Shown here: positions 51,526 through 60,958 of the stretch, one piece after another
Numbering within the stretch: the stretch's first letter is position 1
Layout: each line of letters opens with the position of its first letter
Assembly (NCBI GenBank): GCA_902599405.1
Contig: CACKFO010000002.1
Coordinates: 14,077-78,076 of the forward strand
From: an uncultured Alphaproteobacteria bacterium
GTDB lineage: Bacteria > Pseudomonadota > Alphaproteobacteria > HIMB59
Reading direction: 5' to 3'
Length of the DNA: 64,000 nucleotides
The notes under the pieces: model-generated
What the model saw: only the letters and a program-made list of their open reading frames with translations
What the model was told of the DNA's origin: nothing
The model's database searches: none
Made by a program: the position numbers and the translations under genes

Positions 51526-51999
51526 ATGGAAAAGATACCAATGACAGAAGAGGGGCAAAAAAAACTCCTCGATGAACTAAAACATCTTAAAACAGTTGAA
51601 AGGCCAATTATTATTAAGGCCATAGCTGACGCTAGAAGTAATGGTGACCTTTCTGAGAACGCTGAATATCATGCAGCTAGAGAAAAACAAAGCTTCATTG
51701 AAGGGCGAGTAGCTGAGATAGAGAGCATTATTGCTCAAGCAGAACTAATAGATGTATCAAAACTATCAGGTACGGTTGTAAAATTTGGAGCTACTGTTTC
51801 AATTATAAACTTAGATAATGATAAAGAGTCTAAGTATCAGTTAGTTGGAGAGGTAGAAGCTGACATTGAACAAAAAAAAATATCTGTAACCAGCCCTATT
51901 GCAAGAGCTTTAATTGGAAAGAAAAAGGGTGATTATATAGAAGTATCAACCCCAAAAGGTATAACTTCATACGAAATTAAGTCAGTAAGATTTAAATAA
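51526..51999 (+). CDS. greA: Transcription elongation factor GreA
   Basis: GDLSENAEYHAA, ISVTSPIARALIGK. Confidence 0.98.
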   Translation: MEKIPMTEEGQKKLLDELKHLKTVERPIIIKAIADARSNGDLSENAEYHAAREKQSFIEGRVAEIESIIAQAELIDVSKLSGTVVKFGATVSIINLDNDKESKYQLVGEVEADIEQKKISVTSPIARALIGKKKGDYIEVSTPKGITSYEIKSVRFK

Positions 52000-52005
52000 T
52001 AAAAT

Positions 52006-52947
52006 TTGAATACCTACAAAGTAATTACCATCAGCGAAGGAGCTGCTGGTATGAGAAGTCAAATAGAAGGATTAGCTAATTTAATATCTAATTCTTATAT
52101 AAATTTTGATTTAAAAATAAAATCTGTTTTTAAAAACTTACCTATAGAATTAATACCTACAAGTAGGTTTGCTTATGAGAATTTATCTTCATTGAAGATT
52201 GAAGAAAATACAATACTTATTAGTTGTGGTAAAAAAAGTGTTAAAGCATCTGTTTATTTAAAAAGAAAATTTAAAGATTTAATTTTTAATATTCACATTC
52301 AAGACCCAAAAATCGACCATAAGTTTTTTGATCTAATTGTTTGCCCAGAACATGATAATTTAAATCATGAAAATTGTATTTCAACTTTATTAGCAATACA
52401 TAATATTAAATTCAAAAAAAATATTAGAAATCAAAATACATTAAATTTTATTATTGGCGGTCCAAATAAATATTTTAAATTTCAACAGCAAACACAAGAT
52501 AAAATTTTGAATGAAATAAAATTTTTAAGTAATGAGTTCAAAGTCAATGTCATACCATCACGAAGAACACCAAGAGCACTGATAGAAGAATTATCAAAAA
52601 TTGATAATGAAAATATTATTACCTTCGATGATTTATTTAATCCAAGAAAGTATGGTGAGCTTTTATCTGAGGGTAATTTACAAGTTGTAACTTGGGACTC
52701 AATATCCATGATATCTGAAGCTATATCTTCTGAAGCTGGAACTTTTTTATTTAAGTTTGAAGAAAAATTTTGCCCAAAAAGATATTTTAAGTTTTTTGAT
52801 AAAATTACTGAGCTTAATTTAGCACAATTTTATAATCAAAATTTAAAACCTTATGAAATTTCTATAGATGAGTACAACAAAAATCTTAAAACTAAGATCT
52901 TGAATAAGATACAATCTAATTTAAGGTTCAGTTCTATTAATGCTTAA
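52006..52947 (+). CDS. ELM1/DUF1022 family putative glycosyltransferase-like protein
   Basis: GMRSQIEGLA, ISCG, IHIQDP, FDLIVCPEHD, IIGG, SRRTP, DSISMISEA. Confidence 0.88.
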   Translation: MNTYKVITISEGAAGMRSQIEGLANLISNSYINFDLKIKSVFKNLPIELIPTSRFAYENLSSLKIEENTILISCGKKSVKASVYLKRKFKDLIFNIHIQDPKIDHKFFDLIVCPEHDNLNHENCISTLLAIHNIKFKKNIRNQNTLNFIIGGPNKYFKFQQQTQDKILNEIKFLSNEFKVNVIPSRRTPRALIEELSKIDNENIITFDDLFNPRKYGELLSEGNLQVVTWDSISMISEAISSEAGTFLFKFEEKFCPKRYFKFFDKITELNLAQFYNQNLKPYEISIDEYNKNLKTKILNKIQSNLRFSSINA

Positions 52948-53566
52948 GGAATCAATATTAAATCGTTGTAAAACGTTCTCAGACCCTTTTCCCCATTGGG
53001 AGCTAGACTCCCCTTTTACAGAAGGGCTAATAAAAGAACTTAATGATGTAGATATATCTGATGCACCTCGTTCTTTTGATGGTACAAGAGCTGCTGATGC
53101 AGGTGGAGATGGGATAGATGGTAAACTTAGAGTTTTTTTAGAAAGTGATAATTCAAAAAACTTATCAAATGGTATGTGTTTAATTGATGATTTGAGAGAT
53201 AAGGATGTTATTGAGTCAATACAAGAGAAAATAAAAAAAAATTTATCAAATAGTTTTATTAGAATTGAATACATATCAGATCGTAAAGGTTTTTGGCTTA
53301 AACCACATTTGGATATTAAAGAGAAACTTATGACTATGATGTTATTTATTAATACCTACGATGAATCAGAAAATCTTGGAACAGATTTTTACGACACAGA
53401 TATGAAACTTGTTAAGACAGTTCCCTATAAACATAATACTGGTTATTTTTTTGCTTCTGGGAATAATACTTGGCACGGACTTGAAAAAAAAGAAATCAAG
53501 ATTGAAAGAAGATGTATGCAAATTAATTATGTAACCTTTCCCACTAGCTGGCCAATAGATGGCTGA
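52940..53566 (+). CDS. 2OG-Fe(II) oxygenase family protein
   Basis: PFPHW, HLD (HxD), GTDFY, TWHG, distal R in ERRCMQINY. Confidence 0.8.
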   Translation: MLKESILNRCKTFSDPFPHWELDSPFTEGLIKELNDVDISDAPRSFDGTRAADAGGDGIDGKLRVFLESDNSKNLSNGMCLIDDLRDKDVIESIQEKIKKNLSNSFIRIEYISDRKGFWLKPHLDIKEKLMTMMLFINTYDESENLGTDFYDTDMKLVKTVPYKHNTGYFFASGNNTWHGLEKKEIKIERRCMQINYVTFPTSWPIDG

Positions 53567-54479
53567 TATTAATAATGTCATTATTATAGGTTCAGGCCCT
53601 GCTGGATACACTGCTGCCATTTATGCTGCTAGGGCTAATTTAAAGCCTATTTTAGTGAGTGGTTTTCAACCTGGCGGTCAACTTACCATAACTACTGATG
53701 TAGAAAACTATCCAGGGTACGAAGATCCTATCCAAGGTCCTTGGTTGATGGAACAAATGCAAAAGCAAGCCGCACACGTAGGCACTGAAATTATCAATTC
53801 ACAAGTAACAGAGGTTTTTTTAAATGAAAAAATTAAAAAATTAAATTTAGATAATGGCACCACTCTAAATTCCAAAACTGTAATAATTAGTACAGGAGCA
53901 CAAGCAAGATGGCTTGGTTTAGAAAATGAGCATAAATTTCAAGGTCATGGACTATCAGCTTGTGCCACTTGTGATGGTTTTTTCTTTAAAGATAAAGAGG
54001 TTGCTGTAATTGGTGGTGGGAATAGTGCAGCTGAGGAAGCATTATTTTTAACAAAGTTTGCAACAAAAGTTTACTTAGTGCACAGAAGAGATAAACTAAG
54101 AGCTGAAAAAATACTACAAGATCGATTAAAACAAAATTCTAAAATAGAGTTTATTTGGAATAGTGAAGTAGCTAAGTTTAATGGCAATGATGATTTAGAG
54201 TCAATAGACTTGTTAAATAAACAAGAAAATAAAATTTCAAATCTCAAAATAGATGGTGTATTTATTGCTATAGGGCACGATCCAGCAACACAATTATTTA
54301 AAGGTCAACTAAAAATGGATGAGGGTGGATACATCATTACAGACCCAGATAGTACAAAGACCTCGATTGAAGGAGTATTTGCTGCAGGAGATGTTAAAGA
54401 TAAAATTTATAGACAAGCTGTTACTGCTGCTGGTATGGGATGTATGGCAGCTTTAGAAGTTGAGAAGTATCTAGATTAA
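53559..54479 (+). CDS. trxB: Thioredoxin-disulfide reductase
   Basis: GSGPAGYTAA, CATCDG, GGGNSA, FAAGDV, RQAVTAAG. Confidence 0.99.
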   Translation: MADINNVIIIGSGPAGYTAAIYAARANLKPILVSGFQPGGQLTITTDVENYPGYEDPIQGPWLMEQMQKQAAHVGTEIINSQVTEVFLNEKIKKLNLDNGTTLNSKTVIISTGAQARWLGLENEHKFQGHGLSACATCDGFFFKDKEVAVIGGGNSAAEEALFLTKFATKVYLVHRRDKLRAEKILQDRLKQNSKIEFIWNSEVAKFNGNDDLESIDLLNKQENKISNLKIDGVFIAIGHDPATQLFKGQLKMDEGGYIITDPDSTKTSIEGVFAAGDVKDKIYRQAVTAAGMGCMAALEVEKYLD

Positions 54480-54481
54480 CT

Positions 54482-54607
54482 CTAGCCTTGTCTGGCTTTC
54501 ATTCTTGGGTTGGTTTTATTAATTACATATAACCTACCCTTTCTTCTAACCAGTTGGTTATTCTTATCTCTGGTTTTTGCTGTTTTAAGAGAACTTTTAA
54601 TTTTCAT
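54482..54607 (-). CDS. rpmJ: 50S ribosomal protein L36, type B (Zn-free; not in ORF track)
   Basis: Translates [41 protein letters not shown]. Confidence 0.97.
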   Translation of the reverse strand: MKIKSSLKTAKTRDKNNQLVRRKGRLYVINKTNPRMKARQG

Positions 54608-54646
54608 AATTTAATGTATTAGTTATAAACAATAAGGCAGAAATTT

Positions 54647-55063
54647 ATGTTAATTAGTGAAAAAATCAACAAAATTAAGGAAGATTTTTCATTTTTCGAT
54701 AATTGGGAAGATAAATATCAATACCTTATCGATTTAGGAAAAAAACTTCCTGATCTAGAGGATATTTACAAAACTGAGGAATATCGTGTTCAAGGATGTA
54801 CATCAAATCTATGGATGGTGTCTAAAATCAATGATGGAAAAATCAACCTTTTAGGTTCAAGTGACTCTGTAATTGTAAAAGGTTTGTTTTATTTAGTTTA
54901 TTTTGCTTATAATGATGAAAGTCCTGAAACAATAATAAACACACCATTATCTTTCTTTGAAGAAATTGGTCTTTCTGCCCATCTAGGTCAATCAAGATCT
55001 AACGGCCTTAATTCGCTAAGAAAAAAAATAAAATCTATAGCGACAGAATTATCAAATAAATAA
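54647..55063 (+). CDS. sufE: SufE family sulfur acceptor
   Basis: WEDKYQYLIDLGKKLP, VQGCTS.LW, SDSVIVKGL, RSNGL. Confidence 0.95.
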   Translation: MLISEKINKIKEDFSFFDNWEDKYQYLIDLGKKLPDLEDIYKTEEYRVQGCTSNLWMVSKINDGKINLLGSSDSVIVKGLFYLVYFAYNDESPETIINTPLSFFEEIGLSAHLGQSRSNGLNSLRKKIKSIATELSNK

Positions 55064-55098
55064 ATTTTATTGATAGTAAACTATGTTAGTTTCATCAA

Positions 55099-55656
55099 AT
55101 GAGTTTGATTAAATTAGTTATTTCAATTTCATTTTTACTATTTTCTAGCAATTTATATTCTAAGGAGGATGTTATCAATTTACAACTTAAAGACGGAATC
55201 GTCAAAATAAAGACCTTTGAAGATAAGGCACCAAAGCATGTTAAGCAAATTACTGATCTAGTTGCAAAAGGCAGTTACGATGGTGTAGTTTTTCACAGGG
55301 TAATAGATGGTTTTATGGCCCAAACAGGAGATGTTCAGTTTGGAAATTCAAATTCAGATAACTATGATTTAAGAAGAGCTGGCACAGGAGGTTCTGGAAC
55401 TAATATTGAAGCTGAATTTAATGACATGCCACATAAAAGAGGAACTCTAAGTATGGCACGTGCACAAGATCCTAATAGTGCTGATAGTCAATTTTTTATT
55501 TGCTTTGGTGATACTCCACACTTAGACGGACAATATACTGTTTGGGGTGAAGTAATCGAAGGAATGGAATATGTTGATGCCATCAAAAAAGGAGATCCTA
55601 TAAAAAACGGTCTGGTAGATGACCCAGATAAAATTATCAAAATGTGGATTGAATAA
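55099..55656 (+). CDS. Exported cyclophilin-type peptidyl-prolyl isomerase
   Basis: Signal peptide; FHRVIDGFMAQTGD, SMARAQDPNSADSQFFI, LDGQYTVWG. Confidence 0.95.
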   Translation: MSLIKLVISISFLLFSSNLYSKEDVINLQLKDGIVKIKTFEDKAPKHVKQITDLVAKGSYDGVVFHRVIDGFMAQTGDVQFGNSNSDNYDLRRAGTGGSGTNIEAEFNDMPHKRGTLSMARAQDPNSADSQFFICFGDTPHLDGQYTVWGEVIEGMEYVDAIKKGDPIKNGLVDDPDKIIKMWIE

Positions 55657-55658
55657 AT

Positions 55659-56942
55659 TTACTTTTGAGTAATTTTTAATTCAATTCTTCGATTTTCTTT
55701 AAGATCATCTCTAGCATCTCCTGTGTTAATAGGTTGATATTCGCCATAACCATTTGCTGACAATTTGTTAGCAGGGATGCCTTGTTGAATAAGAAATTTT
55801 ACAACCTCAAGCGCTCTAGCGTGAGATAGTTCCCAATTTGATGGAAATTGAGAGGTAGAAATAGGAATTTTATCAGTGTGACCGTCTATTTGTAAAATCC
55901 AATTTAAATCAGATGGTATAGACTCAGCTACTTCTATAATTGTTTTGGTAATTAGAGATAGAGCAACCCTACCTTCGTCTTGAATATTAGCACTTCCAGA
56001 GTCAAATAAGATCTCAGATTGAAAAATAAATCTATCCCCTTTAATTTGGATATCGTCTCTTTCAGCTAAAGCTTCAGATAACTTTCCAAAAAATTCTGAT
56101 TTATACTTTTGTAATTTGAATAATTCACTTGTAAGTACTCTATTTAATCTATCTCCTAACTCTCCAAGTTCTATCTCATTTTGAGCTATTTCAGCCTCTT
56201 TAGACTCTAGTAAATTATTTAAGAGATTAATTTCATTACTAAGTATTTCAATATCCAAGGCTAAATTAGATATCAAATTCAGAGCTTCATTTAAATCACT
56301 TGATTGTATTGCTGACTCCTCCTCTAGAGTAGATAATTTGTTTTGTAATTCTTGATTTATATTCTCTGAGGAACTTAATGACTCTAGAAGATTTTCGATT
56401 CTATTTTGTGACTCACCAATTTGTCCGACTAGCTCACTGTTTTCTCCACCAAGTTTTATTAAATCTGATTTTAATATTTCTTGTTGTTTATTTAATTCAG
56501 AAAGATTTTGCTGAAGAGTTTCTCTGTCAGCTAAAGATAAAGATAACTCATCAGTAATTTTAGCAATTATCGTATTTAGTTTATCTATATCAAGTGCTTG
56601 GTCTTGAATAATCGTATCTTGAGCTAAAATTTGAGATTGTTTAATTGATATCTCTTCATCAAGTTTTTCTATTAAATTTTGTCTGTCAATTAATTCAATC
56701 TCTTTATCAGTAAGTGTTACATCTTGTTCCACAATAGTTTCGTCTTGTATATCAATTGTCTTTTCTAAACTTTGTATTTGTTCATTTTTTCCTACTACAA
56801 GATCTCCCAAATAAACTTGAGCAACAGTGAATAGTAAAACTATAAAAATTATAACCATCAATGTAGATGCCAATACATCTACAAATCCAGGCCAGATTAT
56901 ATTTCCATTATCTGAACTTTGGGTTTTAGAGAGATAGCTCAC
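55659..56942 (-). CDS. MotB/OmpA-like peptidoglycan-binding protein with a long coiled-coil stalk
   Basis: WPGFVD plus TM helix, long heptad region, then LFDSGSA..IDGHTD..NWELSHARA..GYGEYQP..NRRIE. Confidence 0.88.
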   Translation of the reverse strand: MSYLSKTQSSDNGNIIWPGFVDVLASTLMVIIFIVLLFTVAQVYLGDLVVGKNEQIQSLEKTIDIQDETIVEQDVTLTDKEIELIDRQNLIEKLDEEISIKQSQILAQDTIIQDQALDIDKLNTIIAKITDELSLSLADRETLQQNLSELNKQQEILKSDLIKLGGENSELVGQIGESQNRIENLLESLSSSENINQELQNKLSTLEEESAIQSSDLNEALNLISNLALDIEILSNEINLLNNLLESKEAEIAQNEIELGELGDRLNRVLTSELFKLQKYKSEFFGKLSEALAERDDIQIKGDRFIFQSEILFDSGSANIQDEGRVALSLITKTIIEVAESIPSDLNWILQIDGHTDKIPISTSQFPSNWELSHARALEVVKFLIQQGIPANKLSANGYGEYQPINTGDARDDLKENRRIELKITQK

Positions 56943-57799
56943 TTTTTGTCTAAGTCTTTTATAGACTTGCTTACAGACTTAAGTTCTGTAATAACTTCTT
57001 TCCTTAGAGAGTCATTAGAATTTTTTATACCATCAACCAAACTATCAAGCTTAGAAACAATATTTTGAGAGAAGTTACTGCTATCAGAATTCTGATTAAC
57101 TTTATTTGTATTCGGGCTAGATCTATAAAAAAGTCGAATTTGATTTTCACAGAATTCATAGTAATTCTGCTTAATGCCTCTAGTGATTATTTCATAAAGT
57201 CCTAAAATCAGTGAAGTCACTAAACCGAACAATGATGAGCTAAAGGCTATTGTCATACCAGATAAAGGTGATTTTAATCCATCTTTTAGATTGTTAAAAA
57301 ATGCCCCAAAGTCTTGTTCTTCAATTGACAGACTATCAATAACATTCGAAACGCTACCTATTGTTAAAAGTAAACCATAAAAAGTTCCTATAAGTCCTAG
57401 GAATATAGCTAAGTTGATAAGATATTTTGATATGTCACTTCCACTTTCTACAGTGGACAAAAGGTCGTCTAGTATCTCATCAAGTGTTTTATTTATACTT
57501 TTGTTAGTGGTTGTTATACCAAGATTATTTGCAATAGATTTAGTTACCGGATAGTTGTTTAAAGATGAGTCGTTTAGTTTTAATTTTCCAAATGCAACAG
57601 AATTCATGAATCTAAACTCAGAGCTTAAAGTGAATATTTTAAAGGAATAGAGAAGGAAACCAATTATAAGTGTAAGAAGAATAATTCCATTTATGTAAGG
57701 ATTGGCGTCAAAGTAATATTTAATCTCCTCATATCCAATTACAAGAATTATTACAATTAAGATTGAGAATAATAAATAAGCTAAAAAGTTTTTAGTCAT
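56939..57799 (-). CDS. MotA/TolQ/ExbB proton-channel family protein
   Basis: Four hydrophobic segments; FLGLIGTFYGL and GMTIAFSSSLFGL motifs; 4-nt overlap with the MotB-like gene. Confidence 0.85.
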   Translation of the reverse strand: MTKNFLAYLLFSILIVIILVIGYEEIKYYFDANPYINGIILLTLIIGFLLYSFKIFTLSSEFRFMNSVAFGKLKLNDSSLNNYPVTKSIANNLGITTTNKSINKTLDEILDDLLSTVESGSDISKYLINLAIFLGLIGTFYGLLLTIGSVSNVIDSLSIEEQDFGAFFNNLKDGLKSPLSGMTIAFSSSLFGLVTSLILGLYEIITRGIKQNYYEFCENQIRLFYRSSPNTNKVNQNSDSSNFSQNIVSKLDSLVDGIKNSNDSLRKEVITELKSVSKSIKDLDKK

Positions 57800-57853
57800 T
57801 AAGCTAAAAATAAACGAATTTTTTAAATTAACAATTGGATAATACTGAAAGTA

Positions 57854-58339
57854 TTAGAAATTTCTATTGTAAATCAAGTAATAATTATTTGTGCCTGGAT
57901 TTACTGAATTTAAGCCTGCATTAGAAATGTGATGAGATCCTATGCCAAATCTAGATTCTTTAGATATGCTATAAAATAAATTTACTTCAGATTTAAATTG
58001 GAGAGCATTTCCTAAGTCTTTACCATCCCCATTATTATAAATACCAGCTGATGAAGAGAGGTTTAAAAAAATTGACTCTGCTCCAATATTTGTTTCAAAC
58101 CCGCCATAAAACATAGTTGCGCTCTTAGCTGTGATGAAGCCACCAATAACTGGGTTTATTGTTAAAATGTTAATCAAATCTATTTCACTATTAGATATAT
58201 GATAATTTAGACCAAATAAATTCGTTGTATTGTCATCATCATAATCATAAGTACCTCCAAAAACAGAGAAACTATTTGCACTTATTGTTACGTTTGATGA
58301 AAGGACAAAAATTATTAAGCTCAATAAATATTTTTTCAT
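57854..58339 (-). CDS. PagL-like acyloxyacyl hydrolase / lipid A deacylase beta-barrel
   Basis: Signal peptide, GKDLG..LQF, HISNAG...NPG.N, terminal Phe. Confidence 0.82.
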   Translation of the reverse strand: MKKYLLSLIIFVLSSNVTISANSFSVFGGTYDYDDDNTTNLFGLNYHISNSEIDLINILTINPVIGGFITAKSATMFYGGFETNIGAESIFLNLSSSAGIYNNGDGKDLGNALQFKSEVNLFYSISKESRFGIGSHHISNAGLNSVNPGTNNYYLIYNRNF

Positions 58340-58375
58340 TCAAATTAATCATACATCATCAAGTTTAAAAGTAAA

Positions 58376-58452
58376 TGGTGGGCGTGACAGGATTCGAACC
58401 TGTGACCCCTTGCGTGTCGAGCAAGTACTCTAACCAGCTGAGCTACACGCCC
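58376..58452 (-). tRNA. tRNA-Val(GAC)
   Basis: GGGCGTG/CACGCCC acceptor stem, anticodon arm CTTGC-TCGACAC-GCAAG, CCA end. Confidence 0.92.
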
Positions 58453-58507
58453 ATAAAAGTAGGGATATGTACTTTTAAATTAAATTGAAAATTAGTAAAT
58501 AAAATTC

Positions 58508-60028
58508 CTAATTAAATTTATTTAATTGAAATACTAGTTTTATTTCATTTAATTTAAGCCAATTTAAAATCAAAAAATATGTTATCAAGCCAATGATTAT
58601 TTGAATGAACAAATCTAAATAAATGTTCAAATTCAAAATTTTTTTAAATATTAATATTGAAATAACCATGATAATTGCGCTAATTAAGATCTTTAATAGT
58701 TTCTTAAAATCAAAAATTAATAATTTTTCATAAAAACTTCCAAAATTTTTTTTTAAGTAAAAAATTTGGATAAATAAATTTAACCATATACTCACAGCAC
58801 CTGATAAAGCTAAACCCAAAACACCCAGAGGCTTATAAAGAAGAAAACATAAAATTAAATTAGATATAAATGTTGGAACAGCTGCTTTAACGGGATACTC
58901 AACTTTTTCATAAGAATAAAAAACTTGATTAAAAATTCGAGCAAGCATATATCCTGGCAATGAAAAAGAGTACACTAGTAAAATCTTGGATGTTATCAAC
59001 ACATCCTCATTATTAAATTCACCCCTACCAAATAATGCTCTTATAATATCTTCACTAAGAATAAAAATACCAAATGAGCTTGGGATTGCAAAAAGATAGC
59101 AAAATATTACTGTTTCGTTAAAAGCTTTAGAAATTTTAATCTCATCTGAAATATTTTTGCTCAAATAAGGTAAAAGTGTAAAAGACATAGCAACTGCAAT
59201 AAGAGCAAATGGTAAGTCAATAATTCTATCAGCGTAGTAAATTTGGCTTATAGCACCCCCACCCACTAAAGAAGCAAATAACATTGAGATAAAAATATTT
59301 AACTGAACAATACCAGAACCTAATAAAGAATAGAGAAATCTTCCAAAGAATTTTTTTAGCTCTCTAGATAAAACTTTTAAACTCTTCAAACCCATACCCC
59401 AAAATATTTTTATTGTGCCTAAATTGATAAATAAAAGGATCAATTGAGTGAAACCAGCTATTATCATTGACCAAGCTAGAGCAAAATGAGAGTTAGACTT
59501 GAATGACAACATAGTTACAATCATAAAAATGTTAAGGATTACTGATAAAAAGGAAGGTAAAAAAAATTTTCCTTTCACATTCAAAACTGAGCTCAACACT
59601 GATGACAGAGTCACAAATATCAAAAAAGGAAAAGTTATAATCAATAACTGATTTGCTAATAAAAATTGACTTTTATTTAATAAAAAACCTGGTGCTAAAA
59701 TTGATATGACTTGCTCAGTAAAAAAAAATATTAAAAAAGATAAAAATAAAGTAATTACAAAAAAAAAGTTGAAAACTATCCATATAAAATCATTAGCTGA
59801 TTTTGAATTCATTTTTTCTTGGTATACATACAAAGGAATAAATACACTATTCATAGAACCCTCAGCAAAAATTCTTCTAAATAAATTTGGCAATCTATAA
59901 GCAAAAAGAAATGCATCTGACATTAAATTTGCACCTAAATAATTTGCAAAAAGTATGTCTCTAATAAATCCGGTTATGCGAGATCCAAAAATATTTGATG
60001 AAATCTTTGAAAAATTACTGATTTTCAT
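58508..60028 (-). CDS. murJ: Lipid II flippase MurJ
   Basis: SRITGFIRD, AYRLPNLFRRIFAEG, YYADRIIDLP, many TM helices. Confidence 0.97.
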   Translation of the reverse strand: MKISNFSKISSNIFGSRITGFIRDILFANYLGANLMSDAFLFAYRLPNLFRRIFAEGSMNSVFIPLYVYQEKMNSKSANDFIWIVFNFFFVITLFLSFLIFFFTEQVISILAPGFLLNKSQFLLANQLLIITFPFLIFVTLSSVLSSVLNVKGKFFLPSFLSVILNIFMIVTMLSFKSNSHFALAWSMIIAGFTQLILLFINLGTIKIFWGMGLKSLKVLSRELKKFFGRFLYSLLGSGIVQLNIFISMLFASLVGGGAISQIYYADRIIDLPFALIAVAMSFTLLPYLSKNISDEIKISKAFNETVIFCYLFAIPSSFGIFILSEDIIRALFGRGEFNNEDVLITSKILLVYSFSLPGYMLARIFNQVFYSYEKVEYPVKAAVPTFISNLILCFLLYKPLGVLGLALSGAVSIWLNLFIQIFYLKKNFGSFYEKLLIFDFKKLLKILISAIIMVISILIFKKILNLNIYLDLFIQIIIGLITYFLILNWLKLNEIKLVFQLNKFN

Positions 60029-60033
60029 TAAGT

Positions 60034-60909
60034 TCAGGAAAATTCTTTTTCCAAAATCTCAGTAATTTTATCAGCATCGATATAGCCTGGAATTATTTGA
60101 TTTCCGATTATAGTTGCAGGTGTTCCTGTAAATTTAAATTCATCTACGTAACTTCTATGAATAGTTAGAAAATCTGATACCTCTTGTGAGTCTAAATCAT
60201 TCTTCAATATTTCAAGATCAACACCTATTAGAAATAAATCAGCCAGTATATCTTCCATTTTTGATTTTCTCTCAGAAGAATATAAATAATTATGGACAAC
60301 CTTAAATTGACCTTGCAAAGAGGAGGCTAGTGCTAACTTTGTCAATTCCTCTGAAAAATTCCCTAAAATTGGCATCTGTATAATAACAAGTTTTAATGAA
60401 TTATCGTTCATTACATTTATTAATTCTTGATGGAATTTTTGACAATAACCACAATTATAATCAACAAATTCATATATCACTTTTGCAGAATTTGAGTCAC
60501 CCAAGAACATAGGGTGATATGCAAGATTTAAATTATTTATACTCGAGATATTTTTTTGATTAGTTTTTTCTTGATCTAATTTGTTCTGCTCTAATTGATA
60601 TTCTCTAAGAACACCTAAGATATAATCTGGATTTTCCTCTATAAATTTTTTAATATTTTGATCAAATTCCTTTTTTGTAAAAAACTCATCAAAATTTACA
60701 TCTTCTTTTTTTAAATAAGAGTTATGATCTGGTTCAAATATTTGATTTGACTCTTCATCAAACTGTGTATTTGTAATATTTGACAAATCAAAAATACTTT
60801 TTTCTGAAAAAATGTAAAAATATAAAGTTGTAATAACAATCATTACAAATAGAAAAATCAAAAAAATATTTAAAATATTAAATTTCTTTTTTTTAACGTA
60901 AATTCCCAT
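60034..60909 (-). CDS. Membrane-anchored DsbA/Com1-like thiol-disulfide oxidoreductase
   Basis: N-terminal TM, FIEENP, EFVDYNCGYC, PIL, GTPA. Confidence 0.88.
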   Translation of the reverse strand: MGIYVKKKKFNILNIFLIFLFVMIVITTLYFYIFSEKSIFDLSNITNTQFDEESNQIFEPDHNSYLKKEDVNFDEFFTKKEFDQNIKKFIEENPDYILGVLREYQLEQNKLDQEKTNQKNISSINNLNLAYHPMFLGDSNSAKVIYEFVDYNCGYCQKFHQELINVMNDNSLKLVIIQMPILGNFSEELTKLALASSLQGQFKVVHNYLYSSERKSKMEDILADLFLIGVDLEILKNDLDSQEVSDFLTIHRSYVDEFKFTGTPATIIGNQIIPGYIDADKITEILEKEFS

Positions 60910-60958
60910 GAGAAAAATATATTATTTAACTATTACTATAGTGTAAATAAATTTAGCA

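Noticed and set aside
55659-57799. Zorya anti-phage system
   Set aside because: No zorC/D/E, no long ZorA tail, and the context is core envelope genes rather than a defence island.
58455-58476. AAAAGTA-N8-TACTTTT inverted repeat as a murJ terminator
   Set aside because: Almost all A/T pairs; too weak to call in this composition.
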